Positions 53,662 to 62,477 of a stretch of 64,000 bases of DNA are shown in pieces. How positions within the stretch are numbered: position 1 is the stretch's first letter; every line of letters starts with the position of its first letter. Under the pieces are notes generated by a model. It saw only the letters and a list, made by a program, of their open reading frames with translations. It did not search any database and had not been told where the DNA came from. This stretch comes from Candidatus Saccharimonadia bacterium (GTDB taxonomy: Bacteria > Patescibacteriota > Saccharimonadia > UBA4664), in contig DASXHH010000024.1 in NCBI GenBank assembly GCA_036488585.1, forward strand, positions 85-64,084, written 5' to 3'. Both the position numbers and the translations under genes were made by a program.

Positions 53662-54513
53662 CTAGCGTCTCCTACCTTTACCACGGCCGCGGATGATCAT
53701 AGCGTTGGTGGCCTTGCGGCGGCGGGTCTTGAGACCCAGCGCCGGCTTACCCCAAGGCGTCTTCTGGCCGTATTTATAAATAGCTGTGGGCTGTTGGCCC
53801 TCACCACCACCGTGCGGGTGGTCCACTGGGTTCATGGCTTTACCACGAACCTGCGGACGCCAACCGAGGTGACGGCGGCGGCCGGCCGAGCCATACTTGA
53901 TGTTTTGGTGCTGCTCGTTGCCGACGGTGCCAATGGTGGCCTGGCATTTCTCGTTAACGAGGCGTACCTCGCCAGAGGGCAGGCGCACCTGCACGAAGCC
54001 GGCCTTGGGCGACTCCTTAGACACCAGGCTGGCCTTGGCGCCAGCGGAGCGAGCGATTTGACCGCCCTTGCCAAGCACCAGCTCAATATTGTAGATCTGG
54101 GTGCCGGCCGGGATGTCCTTGAGGGCCAAGCGGTGACCGGCGCGGATGGCGGCGTCGGCACCAGAGGCGAGCTGATCGCCAACCTTCATGCCGGAGCCAG
54201 CCAGTACGTAGGCCGGCTTGCCTCCATCCAGGCGGACGAGAGCGATGTGAGCGGTGCGGTTGGGGTCGTACTCGATAGCTTCAACCACGGCGGATTTCAC
54301 ACCGGCGAAATCAAAATCAACCAGGCGGTAGAAGCGCTTCACGCCGCCGCCGCGGTGGCGAATGGTGATCTTGCCCTGGTTGTTGCGGCCAGAGCCGGTC
54401 TTCTTGGCTACGACCAGCGAGCGGGTTGGCTTTTTCTTGGTTATGACTTCGGTGTCAGCGGTGGTCATACCGCGGCGGCCGTTGGTCGTGGGCTTGTAGA
54501 GCTTGATAGCCAT
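53662..54513 (-). CDS. rplB: 50S ribosomal protein L2
   Basis: Canonical L2. Confidence 0.95.
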   Translation of the reverse strand: MAIKLYKPTTNGRRGMTTADTEVITKKKPTRSLVVAKKTGSGRNNQGKITIRHRGGGVKRFYRLVDFDFAGVKSAVVEAIEYDPNRTAHIALVRLDGGKPAYVLAGSGMKVGDQLASGADAAIRAGHRLALKDIPAGTQIYNIELVLGKGGQIARSAGAKASLVSKESPKAGFVQVRLPSGEVRLVNEKCQATIGTVGNEQHQNIKYGSAGRRRHLGWRPQVRGKAMNPVDHPHGGGEGQQPTAIYKYGQKTPWGKPALGLKTRRRKATNAMIIRGRGKGRRR

Positions 54514-54812
54514 TATTTTGCTCCCTCAAACAGCGCGATCGACTGACCGGCCTTTAGTTTAACCATAGCTTTCTTGGTGTCTTTCTGGCGACCCAGGACC
54601 TGGCGGAAACGCTTGAGTTTGCCCTTGTGGACGATCATATTCACGTCCACAACGTTGACCTTGAAAGTGGCCTCGATGGCCTTGGCGACCTCGATCTTGT
54701 TGGCGCTGGTGGGTACCTCAAAAACGTAGATGCCACGCTCGGCCAGGTAGATGGCCTTCTCGGAAATTTTCGGGGTAAGCAGTAACTGGCTCATTATTTC
54801 TCTCCCAACCAA
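54513..54812 (-). CDS. rplW: 50S ribosomal protein L23
   Basis: Canonical L23. Confidence 0.9.
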   Translation of the reverse strand: MVGREIMSQLLLTPKISEKAIYLAERGIYVFEVPTSANKIEVAKAIEATFKVNVVDVNMIVHKGKLKRFRQVLGRQKDTKKAMVKLKAGQSIALFEGAK

Positions 54813-55429
54813 CTCTTAACTTGCTCCAACGCGTCGGCGGTGAAGATGATATGGTCGGCATTCATTACGGTGTAGACGTTCAGGTACTTGGCGCTCACGA
54901 GTTCCAGGCTCTCAACGTTACGGGTGGCACGCTCCAGCAGGTCGGACTTTTCGGTAACTACCAGCATGACGTTGCCCTCGAGGCGCATTTTGCCAAGCAG
55001 CTCGAGGGTGGGCTTAACCTTGCCGTCGGTAGAGGCAAAGGCCTCAATAATGGCAATATGGCCGGTGGCCGCCTGTAGGCTGAGCGCGTGACGGATAGCC
55101 AGACGCTTCATGCGCATAGGGAGGGTGAGGGTGTGGTTCTCTGACCCGGTGGGGCCAAATACCACGCCGCCGCCTTTCCATTGCGGGACGCGAATGGAGC
55201 CCACACGGGCACGGCCGGTGCCTTTTTGGCGCCACGGCTTCTTGCCGCCGCCTCTGACCTCGCCGCGCTTGAGCGTCTTGGCGCTGGACAAGCGACCGTT
55301 AGCGAGGTAGGTACGATAGGCTTGGCCAACCAGCCCGTGGTTGGCCTCGAGGCCAAAGATTTGTTGGTCGAGCTTAACGTCGGCTTCGCGCTTAGCGCCG
55401 GTCTTGGAATATGAAACCGCATTTGCCAT
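54794..55429 (-). CDS. rplD: 50S ribosomal protein L4
   Basis: Canonical L4 (…KKPWRQKGTGRARVGSIR…). Confidence 0.95.
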   Translation of the reverse strand: MANAVSYSKTGAKREADVKLDQQIFGLEANHGLVGQAYRTYLANGRLSSAKTLKRGEVRGGGKKPWRQKGTGRARVGSIRVPQWKGGGVVFGPTGSENHTLTLPMRMKRLAIRHALSLQAATGHIAIIEAFASTDGKVKPTLELLGKMRLEGNVMLVVTEKSDLLERATRNVESLELVSAKYLNVYTVMNADHIIFTADALEQVKSWLGEK

Positions 55430-56046
55430 TATTTGGCTCCTTCCGTTGCCTTAACCATCACCAGACCGCGCTTGGGGCCGGGAACGGCGCCCGAAATGGC
55501 CAGCACGCCGAGCTTCTCGTCGACGGCAACAACCTTGAGGCCCTTCACTGTGACCTGGTCGTGGCCCATGTGGCCAGCCATGCGCATGCCTTTAAACACG
55601 TGCTCAGGGTAGCCGGAACCGATAGAACCGGGGGCGCGGTAGTTGTGCGAACCGTGAGTTTTCGGACCGCGGGAAAAGTTGTGGCGCTTAATGGTACCAG
55701 CAAAGCCCTTACCCTTAGAGGTGCCTGTTACCTGCACCTTATCGCCGGCCTCGAACTCAGTGAGCTCGAGCTTCGCGCCAACCTGCAGCTCCGGAAGGGC
55801 TTCAACGCGAACCTCCCGCATGGTGCGGGAGTTGGCGCCAGAGGCCTTGAGGTGGCCGGTTTGCGGCTTGAGTGGGTGCTTGGCCTCGCCAAAGCCAAGT
55901 TGGACGGCGTTGTAGCCGTCTTTTTCGGTCGTCTTTAGCTGTGTAACCACGCACGGCCCCGCCTGGATCAGCGTGACGCGTGCCACGTTGCCATCAGCGT
56001 CGAAGAGCTGTGTCATTCCGAGTTTTGTGCCGAGAAGCGCCTTCAT
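55429..56046 (-). CDS. rplC: 50S ribosomal protein L3 (first gene of this operon block; rpsJ is not adjacent)
   Basis: MKALLGTKLGMTQLFDADGN is canonical L3. Confidence 0.95.
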   Translation of the reverse strand: MKALLGTKLGMTQLFDADGNVARVTLIQAGPCVVTQLKTTEKDGYNAVQLGFGEAKHPLKPQTGHLKASGANSRTMREVRVEALPELQVGAKLELTEFEAGDKVQVTGTSKGKGFAGTIKRHNFSRGPKTHGSHNYRAPGSIGSGYPEHVFKGMRMAGHMGHDQVTVKGLKVVAVDEKLGVLAISGAVPGPKRGLVMVKATEGAK

Positions 56047-56222
56047 GATGGTCTAACCTTACGTTTACATAAATAATCGCCAGGCCGTGGTGGTATCTCT
56101 ATATCTGGAGACCTACACACTTCCTAGTCATTGAACCGCTGCCTGAGGCCGGGCGGCAAAATACTATGTGACTATAGCCTATCTGGGGCCCTGATGTCAA
56201 CAGCTGGCGCTTGAAACTACTT

Positions 56223-56549
56223 CTAGCGCTTTTTTCGAGAAAGAACCCGGATTTCCTGTCCGAGCCCACGATTCATGAGAATTAATCCGGTAATAGAGAG
56301 AGTGGCGGCGATGAGGTAAGAGATGAGCCACCAACGATTTTGGACGAAGATGCGCCGCTCGACTACGGCTGGGGTAAACGCAAAGATAGTCGAAATATTG
56401 CCGAGCCACCAACCCTTTACGAGTTGCTCCGGTTTTTTGACACGACGATGACGCGCCAAGCGATGGACTTTTAGGTATTTGAGCGATACCTGGAGGTTCA
56501 GGAAAATGATTATTGGCAGCGGCAGGTTAGCAAGAATAAATACCAGCAT
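56223..56549 (-). CDS. Hypothetical small membrane protein
   Basis: ORF with hydrophobic helices only. The true start is uncertain. Confidence 0.3.
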   Translation of the reverse strand: MLVFILANLPLPIIIFLNLQVSLKYLKVHRLARHRRVKKPEQLVKGWWLGNISTIFAFTPAVVERRIFVQNRWWLISYLIAATLSITGLILMNRGLGQEIRVLSRKKR

Positions 56550-56642
56550 ACGTAAGTATTATAACTTGGAATTTCGCTCGTAATGCCTTGACATTTATTA
56601 GTTCTTATGGTAATATGTGTCAATTCCTAAGAGGAAGACGTT

Positions 56643-56837
56643 ATGTATGACTACAACGAGTACAACTTCACTAAGCGCCTGGCAGTACTGCTGGGCACCG
56701 ACATCGCTATCGCAATTCTGGACAGTTTTATACCGCAGGAGCTAAGCCCGGTCCGGTCGGTCGTTGGATTAGTTGAATTTGGCTTCATGGCCGCGACCAT
56801 GTGGCTCACTGTCCGCCGTGTGCTCAAGGATTACTAA
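56643..56837 (+). CDS. Hypothetical small protein (64 aa, one TM)
   Basis: ORF only. Confidence 0.25.
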   Translation: MYDYNEYNFTKRLAVLLGTDIAIAILDSFIPQELSPVRSVVGLVEFGFMAATMWLTVRRVLKDY

Positions 56838-57094
56838 GCCGCTAAGGCGATATAGAGACCCCATCCCGCAAGACCGAGTATGGCCGATACGAGTAGTATC
56901 GCGTACTCGATTTTGCGGTCTATAGCGAAGTGATCTTTTTGTGCTATGACTACGCCCAAGATGAGTCCAAACGGAAATACGATATAGCCGTTGAACTTCA
57001 CCCAGATAGTGCCGAGGATAAAATAGATTAAGATCTTGAGAAAATAGACGTTATCGGTCTCTTTGGGGGCCGATTTTTTGGTGCTCTTTGCCAT
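56834..57094 (-). CDS. Hypothetical small membrane protein (86 aa, 2-3 TM)
   Basis: ORF with hydrophobic helices. No motif. Confidence 0.3.
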   Translation of the reverse strand: MAKSTKKSAPKETDNVYFLKILIYFILGTIWVKFNGYIVFPFGLILGVVIAQKDHFAIDRKIEYAILLVSAILGLAGWGLYIALAA

Positions 57095-57126
57095 GTTTGT
57101 ATTTAAACATAACCGCTTTATAGGCG

Positions 57127-58341
57127 CTAGTGCTGAGAGCGATTGGGGCGGTAGAACTGCTCGCCATCGAGCTCATCCGGCAAAAAACCTTTGGTGTGCT
57201 CGAAGCCGGGTTCCCAGCGGTAATCCTTGCCGTAGTCCAGCTCCTTCATGAGCTTGGTGGGGGCATTGCGCAGATGTAGCGGCACTTCGGCGCTGGGGTG
57301 CTCGCGAGCGGCGGTGAGGGCCCGGCCAATGGCATCGTAGGCGTCGCGATTTTTGGAGGCCTCGGCCAGCGCGATGGTGGCATGAGACAAGATAATACGA
57401 CCTTCGGGCAAGCCAATGCGTTCAATGGCCTGGAATGTTGAGGTGGCTAGGGTGAGCATGGAGCTATCGGCCAGACCGACGTCTTCGGAGGCGAAGATGA
57501 CCAGCCGGCGGGAGATAAATTTGGGGTCCTCACCGCCTTCGAGCATGCGCGCAAGGTAAAAGAGCGCGGCATCGACGGCCCCGCCGCGCATCGACTTGAT
57601 GTAGGCCGAGATTAGATTGTAATGGTACTCGCCGCCCTTGTCGTACTTGAGACTAGTTTTTTGCATGGCCTGCTTGATGTGTTCGCGGGTGATGTTGGTG
57701 TCGGCGATGGCGGCGGCGGTTTCGAGACCGCCCAAGGCTACGCGAGCGTCACCGGCCGAGAGTTCTGCGAGCAAGCGACGCGCACTGGTCTCGAGGGTAC
57801 GGTCAGGTAGCTTGCTCAGCGCACGATCGATGATGCGCTCCAGTTGCTCGACTGAGAGCGATTCGAGCACCACCACCCGGCTGCGCGACAGTAGCGGGCC
57901 GATCACCTCGAACGACGGGTTTTCGGTGGTAGCGCCGATTAGCACGATGGTGCCGGCCTCCACGTGCGGCAGGAAGGCGTCTTGCTGGGCCTTGTTGAAG
58001 CGGTGGATTTCGTCCACAAACAACAGCGTGGACCCGCCGGTACGACGACGCTCAGCGGCTCGTTCAATCACCTTTTTGACCTCGGGCAGGCCGCTAGTGA
58101 CGGCCGAGATTTCCTCGAAGGCAAAATTGCCACTCGCGGAGATGATGCGCGCTAGGGTGGTTTTGCCGGTGCCGGGTGGCCCCCACAGGATCAGGGAGGT
58201 GGGGCGGCCGCTCGCGATCATGCTGCGCAAGAATTGCCCCTCCCCCACTACCTGCTGCTGACCCTCGAATTCCTCGAGGGTTTTGGGCCGAACGCGGTCA
58301 GCTAGGGGCCGGGGTTGTTCTTGGGGTGAAAACAAGTTCAT
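57127..58341 (-). CDS. rarA: Replication-associated recombination protein A (RarA/MgsA AAA+ ATPase)
   Basis: Walker A LWGPPGTGKTTLA, Walker B LLFVDEIHRFNK. N-terminus MNLFSPQEQPRPLADRVRP is typical of RarA. Confidence 0.9.
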   Translation of the reverse strand: MNLFSPQEQPRPLADRVRPKTLEEFEGQQQVVGEGQFLRSMIASGRPTSLILWGPPGTGKTTLARIISASGNFAFEEISAVTSGLPEVKKVIERAAERRRTGGSTLLFVDEIHRFNKAQQDAFLPHVEAGTIVLIGATTENPSFEVIGPLLSRSRVVVLESLSVEQLERIIDRALSKLPDRTLETSARRLLAELSAGDARVALGGLETAAAIADTNITREHIKQAMQKTSLKYDKGGEYHYNLISAYIKSMRGGAVDAALFYLARMLEGGEDPKFISRRLVIFASEDVGLADSSMLTLATSTFQAIERIGLPEGRIILSHATIALAEASKNRDAYDAIGRALTAAREHPSAEVPLHLRNAPTKLMKELDYGKDYRWEPGFEHTKGFLPDELDGEQFYRPNRSQH

Positions 58342-58423
58342 GGGTTAATTATAGTCTCCCAAAACGGAGGAGAGGCGCCCAGGGTGGTAATCCCGGACGC
58401 CTCAAGGTGAACCTTATAGATCG

Positions 58424-59122
58424 CTATGGTGTAATCTGGCTTGGTGGATGCATGCAACCCGCCGCGCCGATCGCGGCATAGGGTCGGGAGTCGCAGGCCT
58501 TGCAGCCGCGTCTGGTAATTACGTGATGTCCGCCACCGAGTCCAGAGCTGGGCGAGATGGTGCTGGGCTTTACATGTTTTGCGCCAAGGGCGCGCCACAG
58601 CAATCTGTCGAAGAAGCCGGGCTCGGTGTCGGCGCGGTAATGATGGCCCAGGGCATACCAGCGACCGCGGCCGGCCGACCGGTAGATTAGAGGCGGCGGC
58701 GATTGCTGGTCTTCGGACAGGCCGACACCGATCCTGAAGGTCCCGGTGTCGATGGTCCCTCGCGGTAGGTTGGCGAAAACGCCGATCCTGGTGGGCTGAC
58801 GCTGGTATCGACTCTGACCCAGTTGGGGCCAATAGGAGTCGTCAGCTGCGCCCAGGGCGTAGACTCCCGATGACTGGATTCCCCACCAGTGGGAATCGAT
58901 CTGCTGCGGGGTTTTACCGGAACGCTTGAACGCTCCCGCCCACATGAACGCGAGGGTAAGTTCCTCGAGGCTCGGGTCGTGAAGGCCCAGGACCCGGAGG
59001 ATGTCCTCGACGGTCAGGCTCGGAGTTGTGAGGGCCGGAAGATAGGTGGACACATGGTCGGGTTCTGTAGGCCACAGTCGGAGACGCTGGATGGCGCCAC
59101 TGAGCATCCTGCTGCTACGCAT
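58424..59122 (-). CDS. Hypothetical protein (232 aa) with a C-terminal Cys/His cluster (GGGHHVITRRGCKACDSRPYAAIGAAGCMHPP)
   Basis: ATG preceded by GGGAGAG. No family recognised. An Arg-rich ORF in another frame (58338..58832) is taken as an artefact. Confidence 0.4.
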   Translation of the reverse strand: MRSSRMLSGAIQRLRLWPTEPDHVSTYLPALTTPSLTVEDILRVLGLHDPSLEELTLAFMWAGAFKRSGKTPQQIDSHWWGIQSSGVYALGAADDSYWPQLGQSRYQRQPTRIGVFANLPRGTIDTGTFRIGVGLSEDQQSPPPLIYRSAGRGRWYALGHHYRADTEPGFFDRLLWRALGAKHVKPSTISPSSGLGGGHHVITRRGCKACDSRPYAAIGAAGCMHPPSQITP

Positions 59123-59249
59123 GCTGCTCTCCCTAGGAACAGGTGTGCCGAACGATTGTGCTCAAAAGAGCATAAGGATTGTAGCTCGTTTTGCTAGTTT
59201 TGACAATTATTTATGACAGAAGCAACAAAAATGCTGTAAAAGATGGGTG

Positions 59250-59537
59250 CTAGTCGTCGAAAAGCCGGGCCTGCGGAACGGGCGGCAACGAGTTGAGCAT
59301 GGGGCGCAAGTCGGCTTCGGGGGCGTCAATTTCGATCAGTTTATGAGTGGAGGTGTGGCCGCGCACCAGCTTGATGAGGCTACGTGACACGCGCAAACTG
59401 CCGGATAAAAACTTAACGAGGTACTCGTTGGCCTGGCCGTCTTGAGGCACGGCGCGAATTTGCACGAATAGGCCGTCGCCCTCGCGCCAGAGGCCGTCAC
59501 GGTGGGCGCCAGCTTTTACACGTACCCCCAACTTCAC
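59250..59537 (-). CDS. DUF167 (YggU-like) protein
   Basis: VPQDGQANEYLVKFLSGSLRVSRSLIKLVRGHTSTHKLIEI matches the YggU/DUF167 pattern. Confidence 0.7.
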   Translation of the reverse strand: MKLGVRVKAGAHRDGLWREGDGLFVQIRAVPQDGQANEYLVKFLSGSLRVSRSLIKLVRGHTSTHKLIEIDAPEADLRPMLNSLPPVPQARLFDD

Positions 59538-59540
59538 CGG

Positions 59541-59870
59541 CTAAACCTTTTCGATCCGCACGGCGGTGCCATAGGCGGCAACTTCGTTCATGACGCCCCC
59601 GATGTCGCCCGTGTCGAAGCGCATGGCAAGTACAGCATTGGCGCCGCGGGCCTTGGCGGCCTCACGCAGGCGAGCCACGGCTTGCTGCCGACTCTCGGAC
59701 AACAGTTTAGTGTAGCCGCCGACTTCACCGCCGAAAATTGTTCGAAAGCTGGCGCCCATGTTGGAAAACAGGTTGCGCGAACGCACTATCAAGCCAAAGA
59801 CTTCGCCATAGGTCTCTACGACTTTGTAGCCAGGTACATCGTTGGTGGTAACAATTAGGATCTCGTCCAC
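59541..59870 (-). CDS. YbjQ/UPF0145-family (putative heavy-metal-binding) protein; GTG start with GGGAGG SD
   Basis: ILIVTTNDVPGYKVVETYGEVFGLIVRSRN ... AVLAMRFD resembles E. coli YbjQ. The ORF-track ATG would overlap the upstream gene by 70 nt, whereas the GTG at 59868-70 has a good SD. Confidence 0.7.
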   Translation of the reverse strand: MDEILIVTTNDVPGYKVVETYGEVFGLIVRSRNLFSNMGASFRTIFGGEVGGYTKLLSESRQQAVARLREAAKARGANAVLAMRFDTGDIGGVMNEVAAYGTAVRIEKV

Positions 59871-60361
59871 GGTAGGCCTCCCTTGTCGTAATAATATTCG
59901 ATCGCGATTTGGGCGAGGGCCCACACCACACGTGCAACCACGTAGGTGAAACTAAACAGCACCAGGTATAGCGGCCACAGATAAATGGTACGGCCTATAT
60001 GCAGGAGATGGGCGTCGATCCACTCTACGAGCAACACGAGAAAGTAGACGCCGAAGATATTAATGGAAGCGTCGTAGAAAAATTGCGAGACCTTGGCACT
60101 GAGGGGGAAGCGGTCTACATAGCGCCGCCCCTGATATTTGAGCGCCGACGCCACGCTCAGTAGGTAGGCAAAGCCCAACCCAGCCGAAAGACCGAGCACT
60201 GTGGTAGCGGCGCCGGTTCCGGTGGGGCTCAGAAAGGCCCCAAGATTGTGGGTGGCCGACAGAGCCGCAAAGAAGGTGGCGATCACAATGCCACAAAAGG
60301 TAATGCGCAGTAGTTCCTGATCGAGGCGGGCGCTGAGCGGAAATTCGGGTTCGGATCTCAT
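59855..60361 (-). CDS. Hypothetical polytopic membrane protein (168 aa)
   Basis: Four or five hydrophobic helices. No motif. Confidence 0.4.
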   Translation of the reverse strand: MRSEPEFPLSARLDQELLRITFCGIVIATFFAALSATHNLGAFLSPTGTGAATTVLGLSAGLGFAYLLSVASALKYQGRRYVDRFPLSAKVSQFFYDASINIFGVYFLVLLVEWIDAHLLHIGRTIYLWPLYLVLFSFTYVVARVVWALAQIAIEYYYDKGGLPWTRS

Positions 60362-60365
60362 GTTG

Positions 60366-60950
60366 CTATATTACCTCTATCTGAGTGCTCTGGGGGGTCA
60401 CTACACCTAGAGCGACGTGGTTACCCAGCGCCGCGGGCCAGCGCAGCTTGGTGGTGGAGAGGCATTCCTTGACGAGGGCCTTGAGTTGCTCGACGCCGAC
60501 TTCGCTGTAATTGTGCCCGCTCAGCAGGCCGGGGATGGCCGCGGTGGCGCCGGCAGCCACAGCGTCGCCCTGCACGATCTGGAGGTGAAACTCCTGCGCG
60601 CTGTCGAGATAGTAGAGGTCAGGCTGCCGGGTGTGACGTACAGGGTCGATGCCGGCCACGATCAGCTCGATGCGGCCCTTCAGGTCGCCCAACTTCGGCG
60701 CCCATTCCAGCGTAAAGGCGGCGTGCAGCAGATTCGCGAGGCCGGCAGCGCTGAGACTAGGCGTAATCCTCGGCAGCACCGTATCCGTGATGGTTTGGCG
60801 AACGGCCTCAACGTTGCCGGCCAGCAGCAGCACACAATGGTTGGGAAGCGTCATGAGCTGACCATACGAGCCAGGTTGATGGGCGGTGCTATTGGTATCG
60901 GAGGCTACCACAATCGAGTTTAAATTCTTGATAGCAACTACTAGCGGCAT
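60366..60950 (-). CDS. Proteasome-beta/HslV-like Ntn-hydrolase-fold protein lacking the N-terminal catalytic Thr (Pro at the aligned position); function unknown
   Basis: MPLVVAIKNLNSIVVASDTNST ... CVLLLAGNVEAVRQ aligns with the TTIVGIK..DGVVLAADTRAT ... AG..AD.Q pattern of proteasome beta subunits. Pro2 takes the place of Thr1. Confidence 0.4.
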   Translation of the reverse strand: MPLVVAIKNLNSIVVASDTNSTAHQPGSYGQLMTLPNHCVLLLAGNVEAVRQTITDTVLPRITPSLSAAGLANLLHAAFTLEWAPKLGDLKGRIELIVAGIDPVRHTRQPDLYYLDSAQEFHLQIVQGDAVAAGATAAIPGLLSGHNYSEVGVEQLKALVKECLSTTKLRWPAALGNHVALGVVTPQSTQIEVI

Positions 60951-61000
60951 GTCAGGATTTTTTACCTTGGTTATGTCTTTATTTTAGCGCCGAATGGCTT

Positions 61001-61546
61001 CTAAAACGAGACAAGGCGCCCAGGCTCCCGTAACGGGAGGCCCGGACGCCAGGTAGTGGCCCCGGATAAGTCGCGCAGTATCGCGGCAGTTGTGGCCATG
61101 ACCATCTGAACTGCGTTACCCAGCCGCAGGGCGACATCGGCGGGGGTGAATATGCCCTGCATGGTGCCCTGTTGCGGCCAATGCAGCTGATAGGTCGGGC
61201 GGAGGCCTGAGATCGGATTGGCGATGATCAGCGGCTTGGGGCCGTTTGGGGTGACGCTGCGGTACACGATGCTCGACTGGTTGCGGTGAGCGATTGCCAG
61301 CTCGAGTTTCAGCCCATCGCGAACCGCGGTGCGGACAGCGAAGAAGGCGTCTTCATTGAACTGGACGACTTCGCTCGGGCGGTCGAGCATGCCCGACAAT
61401 TGGACGGCGGCGCAGTAGTCGTAGACGAGCGGGGCGAGCAGATCCAGTTCATCGTGGTTTGGCCACGAAATTGTGACAAAGAACGCTTCGACAAGAGAAC
61501 GCAGTTCGCTGATGTCCGTCGGCCCATTTGCCCGGGTATCCGCCAT
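61001..61546 (-). CDS. Hypothetical protein (181 aa)
   Basis: ORF only. Immediately upstream (same strand) of the proteasome-like gene. Confidence 0.35.
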   Translation of the reverse strand: MADTRANGPTDISELRSLVEAFFVTISWPNHDELDLLAPLVYDYCAAVQLSGMLDRPSEVVQFNEDAFFAVRTAVRDGLKLELAIAHRNQSSIVYRSVTPNGPKPLIIANPISGLRPTYQLHWPQQGTMQGIFTPADVALRLGNAVQMVMATTAAILRDLSGATTWRPGLPLREPGRLVSF

Positions 61547-61650
61547 CGTGATCCTTTCCTGTGCGATCGATGTTTGGTACGAGGCTAAGGATAAAAATAA
61601 AAGCCCAGCACCTATATGTCAACGCTGTTTGGCGCACATAACATTACATT

Positions 61651-61677
61651 AACCAAAAACCGCCCCGGAGGGCGGCC
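61651..61677 (-). terminator. Terminator after rpsJ (stem CCGCCC/GGGCGG, loop with CCGGAGG core, T-run on minus); near-duplicate of the tuf terminator
   Basis: Seen directly: ATTAACCAAAAACCGCCCCGGAGGGCGG on plus. Confidence 0.5.
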
Positions 61678-61689
61678 TTTGAGCAAGAG

Positions 61690-62022
61690 TTACATCTTGA
61701 TTTCGATATCGACGCCGGCAGGGAGGTTGAGGTTCATGAGAGCGTCAACGGTTTTGGGGGTGGGCTCGGTGATGTCGATGAGACGCTTGTGGGTGCGCAT
61801 CTCGAACTGCTCACGGGCATCCTTGTAGATGTGCGGGCTGCGGAGGACGGTCATCGAGTTTTTCTCGGTGGGAAGAGGGATCGGACCGGCCACGGAGGCG
61901 CCGGTGCGGGTAGCGGTGTCAATTATTTGCTTGGCGCTCTGGTCGATGACCTTTGAATCGTAGGCCTTGAGGCGAATACGAATGCGCTGCTTTTCCTGGG
62001 TCTTAGCTTCTGCTGTAGCCAT
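61690..62022 (-). CDS. rpsJ: 30S ribosomal protein S10 (start at the internal ATG; the ORF-track N-terminal extension is Arg/Pro-rich junk)
   Basis: [37 protein letters not shown] ... [13 protein letters not shown] is canonical S10. Confidence 0.9.
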   Translation of the reverse strand: MATAEAKTQEKQRIRIRLKAYDSKVIDQSAKQIIDTATRTGASVAGPIPLPTEKNSMTVLRSPHIYKDAREQFEMRTHKRLIDITEPTPKTVDALMNLNLPAGVDIEIKM

Positions 62023-62186
62023 ATGAGGTGCGTTAGGTTGGTAACCTAAAAAACTCCACTTAATTACCTTGTGCTGGAAGGAATTAAAGCATGAGATACG
62101 GATGCTTGTCAATGTAAGGCCTGAAATTGCCCTGAGAAACGCAACGAGCCCCAACGAGAGGGCGGCCAAGAGGCTCGCGCGGCCCG

Positions 62187-62477
62187 TTAGGGCTGAGTGG
62201 TGGAACCGTCGGCCCGGTAGACGCGGCCGGTGACGGTGGGGGTGTGCTCCGGGTCGGCCACCTGGGCGGTTTTCCGGGCCCGAGAGATGAGGATGTGCCT
62301 GAGCACGTGATGCGAGCCAAGCGCATAGCACAGGACACACACGGCGATTAGAAGCGCGTGGTGGACGATGAAAGCGATGGCCAGGAGGGCCAGTCCGATC
62401 GCGCCGACTAGCATCAGCAGCCTGGCGGCCGTAGCCGGGTTGAACTTGCGATTCAACTTACCTCTCCAATCTGGCAA
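62187..62477 (-). CDS. Hypothetical small membrane protein (96 aa, 2 TM)
   Basis: ORF with two hydrophobic helices. Overlaps the upstream gene by 20 nt. Confidence 0.3.
   Translation of the reverse strand: MPDWRGKLNRKFNPATAARLLMLVGAIGLALLAIAFIVHHALLIAVCVLCYALGSHHVLRHILISRARKTAQVADPEHTPTVTGRVYRADGSTTQP

Noticed and set aside
56047-56222. Possible S10-operon L4 autoregulatory leader upstream of rplC
   Set aside because: I could not identify a convincing conserved structure by eye. It is left as plain 5' UTR.
58338-58832. 164-aa ORF on minus in an alternative frame, overlapping the 58424..59122 gene
   Set aside because: Extremely Arg/Pro-rich (RRFRQPTARDHRHRDLQDRCRPVRRP ...). This is typical of an out-of-frame artefact in high-GC DNA. 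The other frame has an SD and sensible composition.
60366-60950. Active proteasome/HslV peptidase
   Set aside because: The catalytic N-terminal Thr is absent (Pro). It is reported only as a proteasome-like fold candidate.
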